Below are positions 26,301 through 37,012 of a stretch of DNA of 64,000 nucleotides, piece by piece. The stretch's first letter is position 1; each line of letters opens with the position of its first letter. Under the pieces are notes generated by a model that made no database searches, was not told the DNA's origin, and was given only the letters and a program-made list of their open reading frames with translations. Source of the stretch: Tubulanus polymorphus (lineage: Eukaryota; Animalia; Nemertea). The position numbers were made by a program, and so were the translations under genes. Location: assembly GCF_964204645.1 (NCBI RefSeq), contig NC_134034.1, positions 13,219,062 through 13,283,061 on the forward strand, read 5' to 3'.

Positions 26301-26836
26301 TCTCGACGGCTGACCTGATCGAGAAAGTACAAGCCCTCTTTGTACTTCTTCTCGCATTTGAACTGATTGAAATTGGCGATGACGTGCTCGCGGAGTTGTA
26401 GCACGTTTCCACCCGGGTTGAGCGACGCCAATGATGCGGCGCTGTCATTCGTCTGAACAGCACTGGCACCGGCCGACGTCACAGAAGTTCCGGCGTAGTT
26501 CACGTACGCGTGAGTCATCGGTTGCAGGTTGGGGATGGACGCGTGCGCTTGTGTAGCCGTTTGCGTGTGAGCGACGGCCGGCTGGGCGACCGGAATACGA
26601 ACGAGAGGAGGAGGTCCCGGTAGACCTCTAGACGAGGCCTGCATGTTGACGTGCGCCATCGTTCGAGTGGCGGTAGTTGCGGCCGGACTCGTGCAGTAGT
26701 CCAACACGATTACGGCGTCGTCATCGGCGCTAGCGGAAGCGGCGGCGGATGTTGTTGTCGTGGCTGTGCGTTGTAGTTTAGAAGCGAAAGTATCGTCTGC
26801 GAATACAGCAATCGTCGGGCATTCATCGTCGTCCAT
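23330..26836 (-). CDS. Uncharacterised 1168-aa Q-rich nuclear protein with two C2H2/C2HC zinc fingers, AT-hook, coiled coil and basic NLS-rich tail (single coding exon)
   Basis: 3.5-kb uninterrupted ORF; splice acceptor TATATTTCAG 18 nt upstream of the ATG (exon edge 26854). Motifs: CPICK...HIMVEH, CQYCDTIFVRKATYNRHVRGC, KRGRGRPRKK. Confidence 0.88.
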   Translation of the reverse strand: MDDDECPTIAVFADDTFASKLQRTATTTTSAAASASADDDAVIVLDYCTSPAATTATRTMAHVNMQASSRGLPGPPPLVRIPVAQPAVAHTQTATQAHASIPNLQPMTHAYVNYAGTSVTSAGASAVQTNDSAASLASLNPGGNVLQLREHVIANFNQFKCEKKYKEGLYFLDQVSRREPRLQILCNHLSANLMKQIQQAQGVGHSHQQQVAQQTQQQQQAQRTQQQQVAQLQQQQQLRLQQQGYLVDSATNRILAQPASAALPDYATALRQCVQSDQIQNRQIISEFQKRLAASNRQQADQSQQQQQQSQQQQQQQQRAAQSHSQQQRLYQSLNSYQLPQQAPQQPTQLQHAPTQPTTVSSSFSSILHQQLQQSSQYASWQRQQTERQQQPPPPTQQQQHQQHAGQYATSVQSQHESASRQQQQQQQQHQQLLRQQQQQNQVNRQAQQKQAQHQQNSRQQQLRNDMLLQQRLQKHKDSLKSMMAQQQQKRKQAPAGATAQQAAVSVSGKTQQIQKEQTSHRQLMNQKYAVFNVTPSRRQPITQNYYKPSLNVGTNCFTAFMRIKEYSEEDNRSEIVERERREQRERLEAERLEQERMARENKQREHAERVEATRREMLKLAEEIVRTRNEIERATRNNIAELTNLNSEEIASEPLSQQHSVLDSAVETSPILEDAADTAADNANDDVDDTVDDVAVETTASEKDNPKAETDSADEPGDTQTVPNNGLDMSKVIMDSVRAIQAVIDESANPSIASGPPDNSAGDTNATTAPMSPGVDSNHNCWLCCPICKSLNVNFFSCSEKNMLQHIMVEHGIQDVECANSFVTAIEFPKCTVRLNRLPLTNGNNVWRVSDGEDEYDYCEEDFYEIECQYCDTIFVRKATYNRHVRGCRKKAIRCRRQKEYKPPAASRTRRTNSKDTMNSYDNTDYEDSDDDDLSSIISESSDMNDFIVPDDYVSGAESRASSSKRGRGRPRKKCVNDALKLYLDARKKRSKRQTSNSSEVSSNRSTTTKRHNKKRKLESDDDLGDFKKAKRRKKRKASQSSEKSHKRIIRPLDSSSDDSEDELTLSSAAARMNGRSRVTARVKTYRSSSTTTKEADKENLKNKTSSSGTGGTANGDCLERCAPLKLTISVGGKQGPTIDLNPKRDVKTPPIKIKFSGKYQDIYFST

Positions 26837-28277
26837 TATCGTTCAAATAAACAACTGAAATATATAACACAAATACACGTATACAATCGCCATTTCAGAT
26901 TGAAGTAGGTCCACTTCGAGTTAGTCGACTACCAGTTGAACCTCGTTTATACGATTCCTGTTAAACGCGTTGATAACGATGATTTCCAGCATGTTAATAT
27001 CTATAGATATTAATATCAATCAAAATTTGGATAATACGAGACCCGTTTAACCCTCGACGATTTCATATTTGCCAGTAAGATTCAGTATGTCAGTCAGTCG
27101 AAACTATAGTCCGGAAATAGCGAACCACGTGGTAGCTGTAGACCAGACCTAGTTCCAAGATGGCCGAAACAGCAGGAATACCGAGCTATAGTATTTATAC
27201 TGATTACTAGTCAAGACATCAGATCTCGGAATCAAGTTCGAACTCCGAAATTACTATACCTAAATTCCAATTGCATCGTGTTATGTTGTACCTAAGGCCA
27301 ATAGGTAAATTTTGTCAAGCCGACTTTTTGGATATCGACCCCGTTCCTCAATTAAGGAAGTCATCTTCAAGGTCATGATGCTGAAAACAGTTTTGCCTAG
27401 CTCAGCCACTAGGTGGTGCACTGAGCCCATATACTTTGCACTGCACAACTAAACCCCCATACTGACTAATCCTAACCCCCACACTAATATTGTTCCCAAA
27501 ATCCATCAAGAGCGACCCACTTTTAACGAAGCTGAAAGAGAGACACAGTTGTGAGTAAGAGTTAACTTTGTGAGTTGAAATTAGCTCATTTTCCTTGAGT
27601 TTAAATAACCTCAACTCACTGTGAAACTGGATCCTGATACGTGGCATTCGCACCATTTAGCAACTGGCGCCGATAAGGTGCTATTCGAAACACGAAATAT
27701 TCAAACAACCATTTAGCAAACGACCCCCAAAACCGCGGCGTTAAACGATTTAAAACCAATAAATCATAGATCGCATTACTTTCGAGGAGAGTATAGAAAT
27801 TAACGATAAAAATACGGAAATACAAAGCTTGCCTGTCTGTCTCGCCATTTTATAGCCGCATGCACGATGTAACCTAAACATATGCGCCACAGGTTGTTCA
27901 GCGATATCGATCATTACAGAGCTCGAAATGCGAGATCGACGAGACTGAAGTGTAATCGAACTCTCGAATTTCAAAACAGCTGCCCGTCGTCATCGTAGGT
28001 ATAGTTTATCTCGATTTACCCATTTCGTAACGCGCCTCGTCGATAACTTGTGTAAATAATTCGCGCGTTGTGCGAGTTTGATATGCCGTGTCACCTGCTA
28101 CCGCGAGTCACTGACACATACGGCGTTGCTCCCGTCTCGTCGCGAGCAGCTGTAGCTAAAACTCTCGTTGATCGTGAGAGCGAAAACACGAAGAACCTAC
28201 TCCCGTCGACTATTGACAACGGTGAAAGCCCGTTATAGAGCTATCGCTTGCGCTTAGAGAAACATATAGCGTTACAA

Positions 28278-28361
<84 letters not shown>
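28278..28361. repeat. (AAT)n microsatellite
   Basis: Direct reading. Confidence 0.97.
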
Positions 28362-29732
28362 TACAAAATGAATTTAGCGCCTCACATTTTAGTAAATCTT
28401 GAGGGTTATACGAAATACAAGCACCGAATTTCTTTGTTCCATTCTCGCTGGTTTGTTCTTACATATTATATTTACGTTATCGTCGAATCGATCACATTTT
28501 ACGAATTGTAAAAATAATTGCATTAAAACGCTATTCGATCGTAATAAAAATCTAAGCCCGCTTGTTCAGATACTTACTAAATTCATGGTCGGCCATCTTG
28601 AATGACGTCATAACCTAGTTTGGTCATGCGATTGGTCATACCAGTTGACATGTGAACTATCTGGAAAACTTTTGAGTTGATGAGCTAGATTTATGATTTC
28701 AGAATCAAAGATGGCCGCCATGGATGACATCATGACCTACTTAAATCATACGATACAACATTCCATTTCACATTCTCCTATGGAAAATGAAAGCTCTACA
28801 TCGAATATTACTGCACTTGCAGAATCCAAGATGGTGGCGGATAAATTTTCATTGAAACGTACAAGGAATTGAAACGCGGAAAATCTATTAAGTAACTACT
28901 AGCGGCACCTGGTGAATTTCCCTGGCCACGATAAAAGCGTTACCGGGAACTTATAAACTTTAGCCTAACGATGACCCAATTAGCAGTTAATCGACACGGT
29001 ACTTGAACTTTGGATTCTAATTTCGACTGGTAATCTGTGCGCGCATTATAACAACCGGCAATTGACCTTCGGAATTGTTTTTATATCGCAATTAACCGCG
29101 CGCGTGACCTACCAGGAAGTTCGATGATAAACCAAGAAGTCGTCTGAGATTGTTCGTGTATGACTCACTGCATACGCGCAATGTCGGTCGAGCGAAATAT
29201 AGATAAAGGATATAAAGTCGCTATTGAATACCTCGCGTGACGAGGTCAGATAGAAGTCGTGTACATAGGAGTCGATTACATTTATACACTCTCGACGGGG
29301 GCCGCGCAATTAGGTCACCAAATGCCATAGTGCACATCGTGGGCGCCCCAGGACTTACGAAAGGGGGAGAGTCGAATTCTTTTTTTTTAAGGGACAAATC
29401 CACCTCATTCTTTAACACACTGCCATTCGAACGAACAAATAGGTTAACCGTCTCGGGGCTGTAGATCTAGATGTACGAAGTTTATAGCACATTGCGAAAT
29501 TAAACGAGAAAAAATTTTTTCCATTATTTTAAAAAAGGTTGCTATCGCCCTAAGGGGTCTTTGGTCTCAGGGGGTTTGAACATCGCCAATCATCTAAAAT
29601 AGCTTTCGGCGGTTCGACAAAACCTCGAAGGCATTTCGATGAAAAAAAATCTTCCGTTCGCAAGACGGCTGCGCGTAGGTTGGACATAAGTCAAATCAAA
29701 ACGGAAATCCGGTATACGATCAAAGCAGACGA

Positions 29733-30107
29733 GTTTCCATGGCAACCGCGATCCGCCGAGATCTAGGAAAGTGGTAATAATGAAAATACCCCGTGTAGAT
29801 TGGTTTAGCGGGTTCATCGCTACACTGTTTGTTGCCTGCTAGCGTGCGTGCGTCATCGATCGATAAAATCAGTGTATATATATACACGTACAAAGAGCTG
29901 TCAGTGTTCGCACGACGTAAATTACCCCGGTTGCCGTGGAAACGCGAGATAAAGGGTAGTAGATACCAGCGAGCGACGGGAAGTCATACGAAAGATGTTA
30001 AAAACACGAAAGGATTATAAGGAAGATAAGAAGCGCGACGCCGGGGAGAACAGGCAGGCGCCAGACGCAACCCGATATCCGGTATCGGCGCTCACCAGAT
30101 GGCGCAA
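29733..30107. promoter_or_regulatory. Candidate promoter/enhancer: two RFX X-boxes, an ETS-like GGAAGT and a CTCF-like site
   Basis: GTTTCCATGGCAAC 29733-29746; GTTGCCGTGGAAAC 29930-29943; CTCACCAGATGGCGCA from 30091; CpG-rich. Confidence 0.45.
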
Positions 30108-31200
30108 CAATACACTGCTTTTATAGAAAAATCCCACACAATCGTGCCCACAATTATAGATATGTTGAAATACTTTGTAAACGAGTAATTTCATGTTTAT
30201 TAACTACATGTATTCTATATATCGATATCATCAGTGTCAGGATGATCTTAACCATCTAAAAACTGCTAAATAGATAAGTCATGTTGGTCTCAAAAAAACT
30301 GAATGAAGCATTTATCCTTTTCAATGTTGTTTCACGCCAGCAAAATTTATTGTTCACTTTCGTACCAATTCGTCTTAATACATAGTACCAAAAGTTGTGG
30401 TTCTCCATAGTGATCTTCTATCATATGAAATCTGAACTTGATTTTCAGGCGCCGAAAAACCCGAATACTATCAAACACGTCCAGATACATGTAAGATATG
30501 ATTTTTTTCGTTCCGTATATGGAATAGAATCCACTGAAAATCGATATACTAACGAGAAAAATTGAGATGCATTAGCGGTTAAGGTTTAAGGTTTAAGGTT
30601 TATTTTCGCTCTAACCAAACATTGGTACATAGAGGTTACAAGAATTTGTACAATAAAATTTATAATTTACAAAACTTAAAAACAATCTTTACACTAGCGA
30701 CACCTGGTGGATCATCGCTGAATGAAATAAATTTGAACTCGAACTTGAAATTGACGCACAATGGCGTTGCCAGTGCACTAATCCTATTGCATCTACGCAC
30801 AAATAATGCCGAGATAATTACTCGAATCCTCGAGATAGTTACTTATAGATTCAATTCATCCGCGTATTATCGCGATAGTGACGCGGCGCTACTCCGGGTC
30901 GATTACAACCGGTTGTATCGGTTCCATCTGACGCATGACTCGTAATCCGCTTTATATCAACATTTAAAAAAAAACGATATTCAAGCGGATATTCAAAATG
31001 GCTGCCATTCGGCGAACGAACGGAGATAAATGTATTGCTTTCGGACGAGACCGTTCTCAATCGGAAATCGAAGCCGATTTTTCGGCGGTTGGTGGGTTCG
31101 GCTTTACTGGGAAGGGGAGAATTGCTTATTGCCTGTCACTCGAGGAAACATCGCGTTCTGTTTCCTTAATGACAGATTGCAGTCATTACTTGAAAAAAGA

Positions 31201-32600
31201 AGTTGAGATTGGTAAAATTCTACTCCGAGTTGGTGTCAAATACTGAGTAAGAGTTTGTGAAATACAGTAGACTCTGTCTCTTACTGCGGTAAAGTTGAGA
31301 CTGGTAAAATTCTACCCCGAGTTGGTGTCAAACTATTGAGTAAGAGTTTGTGAAATACAGCAAGACTCTGTCTCTTACTGCGGTAATGTTGAGACTGGTA
31401 AAATACTACCCCGAGTTGGTGTCAAATACTGAGTAAGAGTTTGTGAAATACAGCAAGACTCTGTCTCTTACTGCGGTAAAGTTAAGACTGGTAAAATTCT
31501 ACACTGAGTTGGTGTCAAACTATTGAGTAAGAGTTTGTGAAATACAGCAAGACTCTGTCTCTTACTGCGGTAAAGTTAAGACTGGTAAAATTCTACACTG
31601 AGTTGGTGTCAAACTATTGAGTAAGAGTTTGTGAAATACAGCAAGACTCTGTCTCTTACTGCGGTAAAGTTAAGACTGGTAAAATTCTACACTGAGTTGG
31701 TGTCAAACTATTGAGTAAGAGTTTGTGAAATACAGCAAGACTCTGTCTCTTACTGCGGTAAAGTTAAGACTGGTAAAATTCTACACTGAGTTGGTGTCAA
31801 ACTATTGAGTAAGAGTTTGTGAAATACAGCAAGACTCTGTCTCTTACTGCGGTAAAGTTAAGACTGGTAAAATTCTACACTGAGTTGGTGTCAAACTATT
31901 GAGTAAGAGTTTGTGAAATACAGCAAGACTCTGTCTCTTACTGCGCTAAAGTTGAGACTGGTAAAATTCTACCCCGAGTTGGTGTCAAATACTGAGTAAG
32001 AGTTTGTGAAATACAGTAGACTCTGTCTCTTACTGCGGTAAAGTTGAGACTGGTAAAATTCTACCCCGAGTTGGTGTCAAATACTGAGTAAGAGTTTGTG
32101 AAATACAGTAGACCCTGTCTCTTACTGCGGTAAAGTTAAGACTGGTAAAATTCTACCCCGAGTTGGTGTCAAATACTGAGTAAGAGTTTGTGAAATACAG
32201 TAGACTCTGTCTCTTACTGCGGTAAAGTTGAGACTGGTAAAATTCTACGCTGAGTTGGTGTCAAATACTGAGTAAGAGTTTGTGAAATACAGTAGACTCT
32301 GTCTCTTACTGCGGTAAAGTTGAGACTGGTAAAATTCTACGCTGAGTTGGTGTCAAATACTGAGTAAGAGTTTGTGAAATACAGTAGACCCTGTCTCTTA
32401 CTGCGGTAAAGTTAAGACTGGTAAAATTCTACCCCGAGTTGGTGTCAAATACTGAGTAAGAGTTTGTGAAATACAGTAGACTCTGTCTCTTACTGCGGTA
32501 AAGTTGAGACTGGTAAAATTCTACGCTGAGTTGGTGTCAAACTATTGGGTAAGAGTGAAATACAACAGACTCAGTTTTTTGAGATTGGTAAAATTATACC
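31201..32600. repeat. 92-94-bp satellite, ~15 copies
   Basis: Unit AGTTGAGACTGGTAAAATTCTACCCCGAGTTGGTGTCAAATACTGAGTAAGAGTTTGTGAAATACAGTAGACTCTGTCTCTTACTGCGGTAA; starts at 31201, 31293, 31387, 31480, 31574 ... 32502. Confidence 0.97.
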
Positions 32601-35344
32601 GCCAGTGAGAGTCGAAGGGCGGCAACGAGTGAACGAGTACATCCATCAAGAATTTCATCATCACAGAGCATTTTCATTGACAAGAACAGTTAAAACACAA
32701 ACTAAGCCGAATGGGCGGAGTTAACAGCGAGTGTGCAGCAGTACAACACCGGCAGTACCTTTTACATATAGTTTTATTTATAACGCGAGTCGGATGTATG
32801 TATGAAAGTGAACACATAGTTTCCGAGTTCCTCCTAGTACTTCTCGTTGGTAGTGTGGTGTGTGTGGATGGAAAGGAATGTGGAATGTGGAATGTGGAAA
32901 CAAAACACTTCATATTCCCAGCTATTTGTCCGAGATAAAAACGACAGAAAAAATTCCATAATAGAGAATCCCAAACTGAATTGAGTCAGGCTCGGATTCA
33001 GACGGTCGCACTGTAGGCACGAAAATCTCGCCGTGACCCTTTTTTTCATGCCCGAAGTAGAAAAGTGCACATTTTTACAAGACGTGTAGTTTGAAATAAT
33101 TAATGGGTTAGCAGCTTGCAATGTCTGAAAACGATAATATCTATGAGCATAATCTGTCTTCAACTGAGGTGTTTATGCAGTCCATTTCATAATTACCTCG
33201 CAAGGGTCGACCGGAGGAGCGGGATCAGGACTTGCGCAACTACAAATCTACGTTCTAGACAAATAAACTTTGAATTGAATTGAATCCCAATAGCTATCGT
33301 TTAGGATACTGTAAAAAAAAGACTCAAGTACACGAAAATTAAAACCACAAAACTTACCTCAGTCCGTAGTGATGAGGCCTGCCTGCTTCGATGTATGAGA
33401 TTACAACGGGCACGAAACATATAGAGCGAGGCCGCAACCTTCAAAACATCGTTAAACAACACTTACAAATGACGGCAGGAATCTGGTTTTGTGTTGGGTG
33501 TGCTATATACATTTTTACTGAAACGTAAATTACGATTGTAGGCCAGAGGCTTGACACGAAACGACCGTTTTACCTTCTCATTCTGCGTATATAAACAACG
33601 CAGACGTATAAGAACAGAATCTACCGACAACCCTATTTATGGAATCATCCGACCTTTAGGCTAAACAAATTTATTCCTGGTTTCTCATGTCCGCCCGGAG
33701 CTTCGAAGTTGACCCGGTGCACATTACTTTGTTTTCAAAAATTATGATCAAGCTTAGATCATTCGTTTATTGTACGCATAAGATTTGAATTTTTCATCCC
33801 CCTCTCAGTCCCCCTAGTAAGCATATTCGGTCATCTTTTCATATACACAGTATGAAATTGCACTTACCCCCCCCCCCCCCCCCCAATACGTACGTGAACG
33901 GCCCCTAACAGACCCGCTAGTTAATATAGTAATAAACTGACTACGAATCTTAATGCAGTTTACAAAATTAGAAAAGAGAAACAAGGTATCGTTTTGTGTT
34001 TAGCCTTATACAATGAATTCCCTTTAAACATTCAGATTAACCTTTTAACCGAAACGTTCATATCTTATCTCATCTAAACGAATACGTACGTAGCCTCTGA
34101 CTCATACATAGAAATGCCTGATCAGGTCCAGTAATCACGATCGATCGCCGTACTTGATCGAATTGATCAAATTCTGTCAACACACGCTTATACAGACGGA
34201 TCCGGACATTGTATTTTCGATTTCTAGAAATTTTTGACGCCGTAAAAACCGTTTCGAAAATATGATTCTATTCGAGGGGTAGCGATCGATGTGTACTACG
34301 TCATCGATAGCGGGCCGTTTCGATATGACGATTACACGTGCGTTCACGTAGTTATATCATAATTGAATAAATTTCATGACACTTGTTTTTTTTTCTATTT
34401 CATACATTTTTCACGACATTCTATTGTCGTGCGACCGGGAGGGGGGAGCCCGAAATCGCTGTGGGAGAGCGCCGCTATGTCTTATGCACTTCCCCTCCTG
34501 TCCTGCACGGCGATGTAGAAACCAGAGACCAGAAATAACCGACGCCTCAACTCGGGTTGATAAATGATGCAAGGATTCTATTGCATGAACTTTAACAAAT
34601 GACAACTGACAATATCCTATTACCCTTACCCCGCGTGTTGCGCTGCCTCTGCTCTGCTCCGTCCGATGGTTGCCACCAATGTTGCTCGCCCTGTTTGTAC
34701 CCTGCATTTTATTCTATAAATTTATCGTTATCTAATTCCGGGTTTTATTAGAAAGCTTTTAATTATTCCATAATTACTAAACAGGAATTGTCCCACGAGC
34801 TGGAGATAATAGCAGAAAGTGATACGTAGTTCAATTGATTAAAATTCCTATGTCACAACACTAATATTGAAATTTTCTGGCAAAATTATGCCAGTGCGTG
34901 ACGTCAGAGTCGATGCGCACCACGTCGTCAATCTTGCGACTAAGGACCGGGCGAACTTAGCTTAGGTTTCCGTAGCTAGTCGACAATAGTGGTCGCAACC
35001 GTAGCAACAGGTACTAGTGAAAACGAAAGATTTTCGCGTTAGAGCCCATGTCGGAACTAACAACCGAACGCGCTAATCGTCGGCCATCTTGGAAACAGCT
35101 ACAGCGACCGTGCTCAGTCACGGGGTCGAACACGGAATCGAGTTTCGAATAAATAACTATTAACATTCAGTTTCAAGTTCGTATACGTTGCCTGTACTCA
35201 ATACCTATTGAAAATACAGCGCTTCTGTAATCGAATGTGACAGATGGCCCGATATGAAACCGGTGGCGGCGGCCTCATCTAAATAAGTCTTTTTTTACCG
35301 AATATTTTATGCCTGGGAAAATTTTCCGTCTGGTTTTTCAGTCA

Positions 35345-35785
35345 AATTGTACTCAACTGTGAAACTGGGTTCAATTAAACCCACACAACTGTGAAACTGG
35401 GTCCGGAGTCAAATCAAATCCACACAACTGTGGAACTGGGTTCAATTAAACCCACACAACTGTGAAACTGGGTCCGGAGTCAAATCAAATCCACACAACT
35501 TTGGAACTGGATCCAGAGCCAAATTAAACCCGTACAACTGTGGAACTGGGTTCAATTAAACCCGTACAACTGTGGAACTGGATCCAGAGTCAAATCAAAC
35601 CCACATAACTGTGAAACTGGGTCCGGAGTCAAATAAAATCCACACAACTGTGGAACTGGGTTCGAGTCAAATCAAGTCCACACAACTGTGGATCTGGGTT
35701 CAGAGTAAAATTAAACCCATACAACTGTGGAACTGGATCCAGAGTCAAACTAAAACCAACACAATTGTGGATCTGGATCCACATT
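35345..35785 (-). repeat. Tandem array of 39- and 32-bp units, reverse complement of the 205-545 repeat (~12 copies)
   Basis: AACTGTG(G/A)AACTGG recurs at 35355, 35387, 35426, 35458, 35497, 35536, 35568, 35607, 35646, 35684, 35723, 35763. Confidence 0.93.
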
Positions 35786-36221
35786 CGATTTGAATCTACA
35801 AAACCGTAGAACTAAGTCTAGAGTCAAAATGAAATATTGATTGATATCGATGGAAAAAGATCGACTGACAGCACGTCAGGACTTCAGTGGTATTTACATC
35901 GCTACTGGTGAACCGCACTAAACACAGCAGATGATCAAACAAATAAATTAAGCTAATCAATAGATTGAAAAGATATTCAAATAAATAACTCGACACCAAA
36001 TAGAAAGCGATAAAACCAATATTGAAGCAACGGCGTAAAGAATATACACGCAACATCTGTTTCGCTTATTCAAATATACAAATGGCTGGCTGACAATGCG
36101 AGTTTCAATAGACAGCGTCAGCGTCTAATTTCATTGATGAATGAATGACAGATCGTAGAATCGAGTGGAAACCCCAAATAATCTCGTTAATAATCTCTTC
36201 ATATCGTGGAGTGGTCTTTCA

Positions 36222-36344
36222 GGGCCCGGTTTCACAAAAAGTTAAACTTTTGGTGTAATTGCTAATGGTTACTTCATTTTTTCGATGAGGACGACAATTC
36301 AAACTTAACCGTTTTAGGCTTAAACTTTTTCGTGAAACCGGGCC
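36222..36344. mobile_element. Harbinger-type MITE (GGCCCGGTTTCACAAAAAG...CTTTTTCGTGAAACCGGGCC)
   Basis: Clear TIRs. Confidence 0.7.
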
Positions 36345-36546
36345 GAGCTGACAATATGTTTATTCATTTATGACAAAATGACAATATTTGAAACTACGCG
36401 CATCTGTAACCTACAACAAACAGTAATAACTGAATAGATCCAATTACGAAAAATTAATGAATTATTTTCGAACCCGGTAATCCAACAAAAAAAAACACGA
36501 ATAACCAAACAGATGACAGTTAAGTGGCGATATTTTGCAGCGATTA

Positions 36547-37012
36547 CTCACTAGATGGCGCTGGCCGACATGTCCGAAGATCCGCCAGATGGCGCCGACT
36601 CAGAACAAAACGGAATAAAACCCGTAAGAGGCGGCTGGGAATGACTCACAGATGGCGTGACTGTCAGCAAGTATTGTTTATGAAGTTTTAAAAGCTTTTA
36701 TTACCGATTATGTAATGAATTGTGAATAATGTTTTATCCCCTGTATACCGGTACTAAATATTCGTATTCGTCCGATCCACACCAGATGGCGCGACTGTTA
36801 CGAGCAGCAGTTGTGGTGTGGATATCTGCAAACAAACCCCGCTAGATGGCGGGCCCTTGTGAGCTACTTAAATTTCAAACGTTTATCTACCAAAAAATTG
36901 GCAAGAATGAAATATATATTGTGTATACGCCATATTGGAGCCACGTTTATGCAAGTAAATCCCGCTAGATGGCGCGGACCTCTGTTCGAAAACTGGCCGC
37001 CAGATGGCGTGA
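36547..37012 (+). promoter_or_regulatory. Cluster of seven co-oriented CTCF-like motifs (putative insulator/boundary)
   Basis: C(A/G)C(C/T)AGATGGCG-type cores at ~36547, 36581, 36644 (weaker), 36777, 36838, 36961, 36994. Confidence 0.65.

Noticed and set aside
23376-26469. Long antisense and alternative-frame ORFs over the 1168-aa gene
   Set aside because: Expected shadow ORFs of GC-rich, low-complexity coding DNA; no motifs.
31201-32600. CRISPR-like appearance of regular repeats (also 60924-61667)
   Set aside because: Whole units repeat with no unique spacers, there are no cas genes, and the context is eukaryotic.
33360-33520. GTGATGA...GAAAC as a hammerhead or C/D snoRNA
   Set aside because: Lacks the C of CUGA, and I found no convincing terminal stem or D-box geometry.
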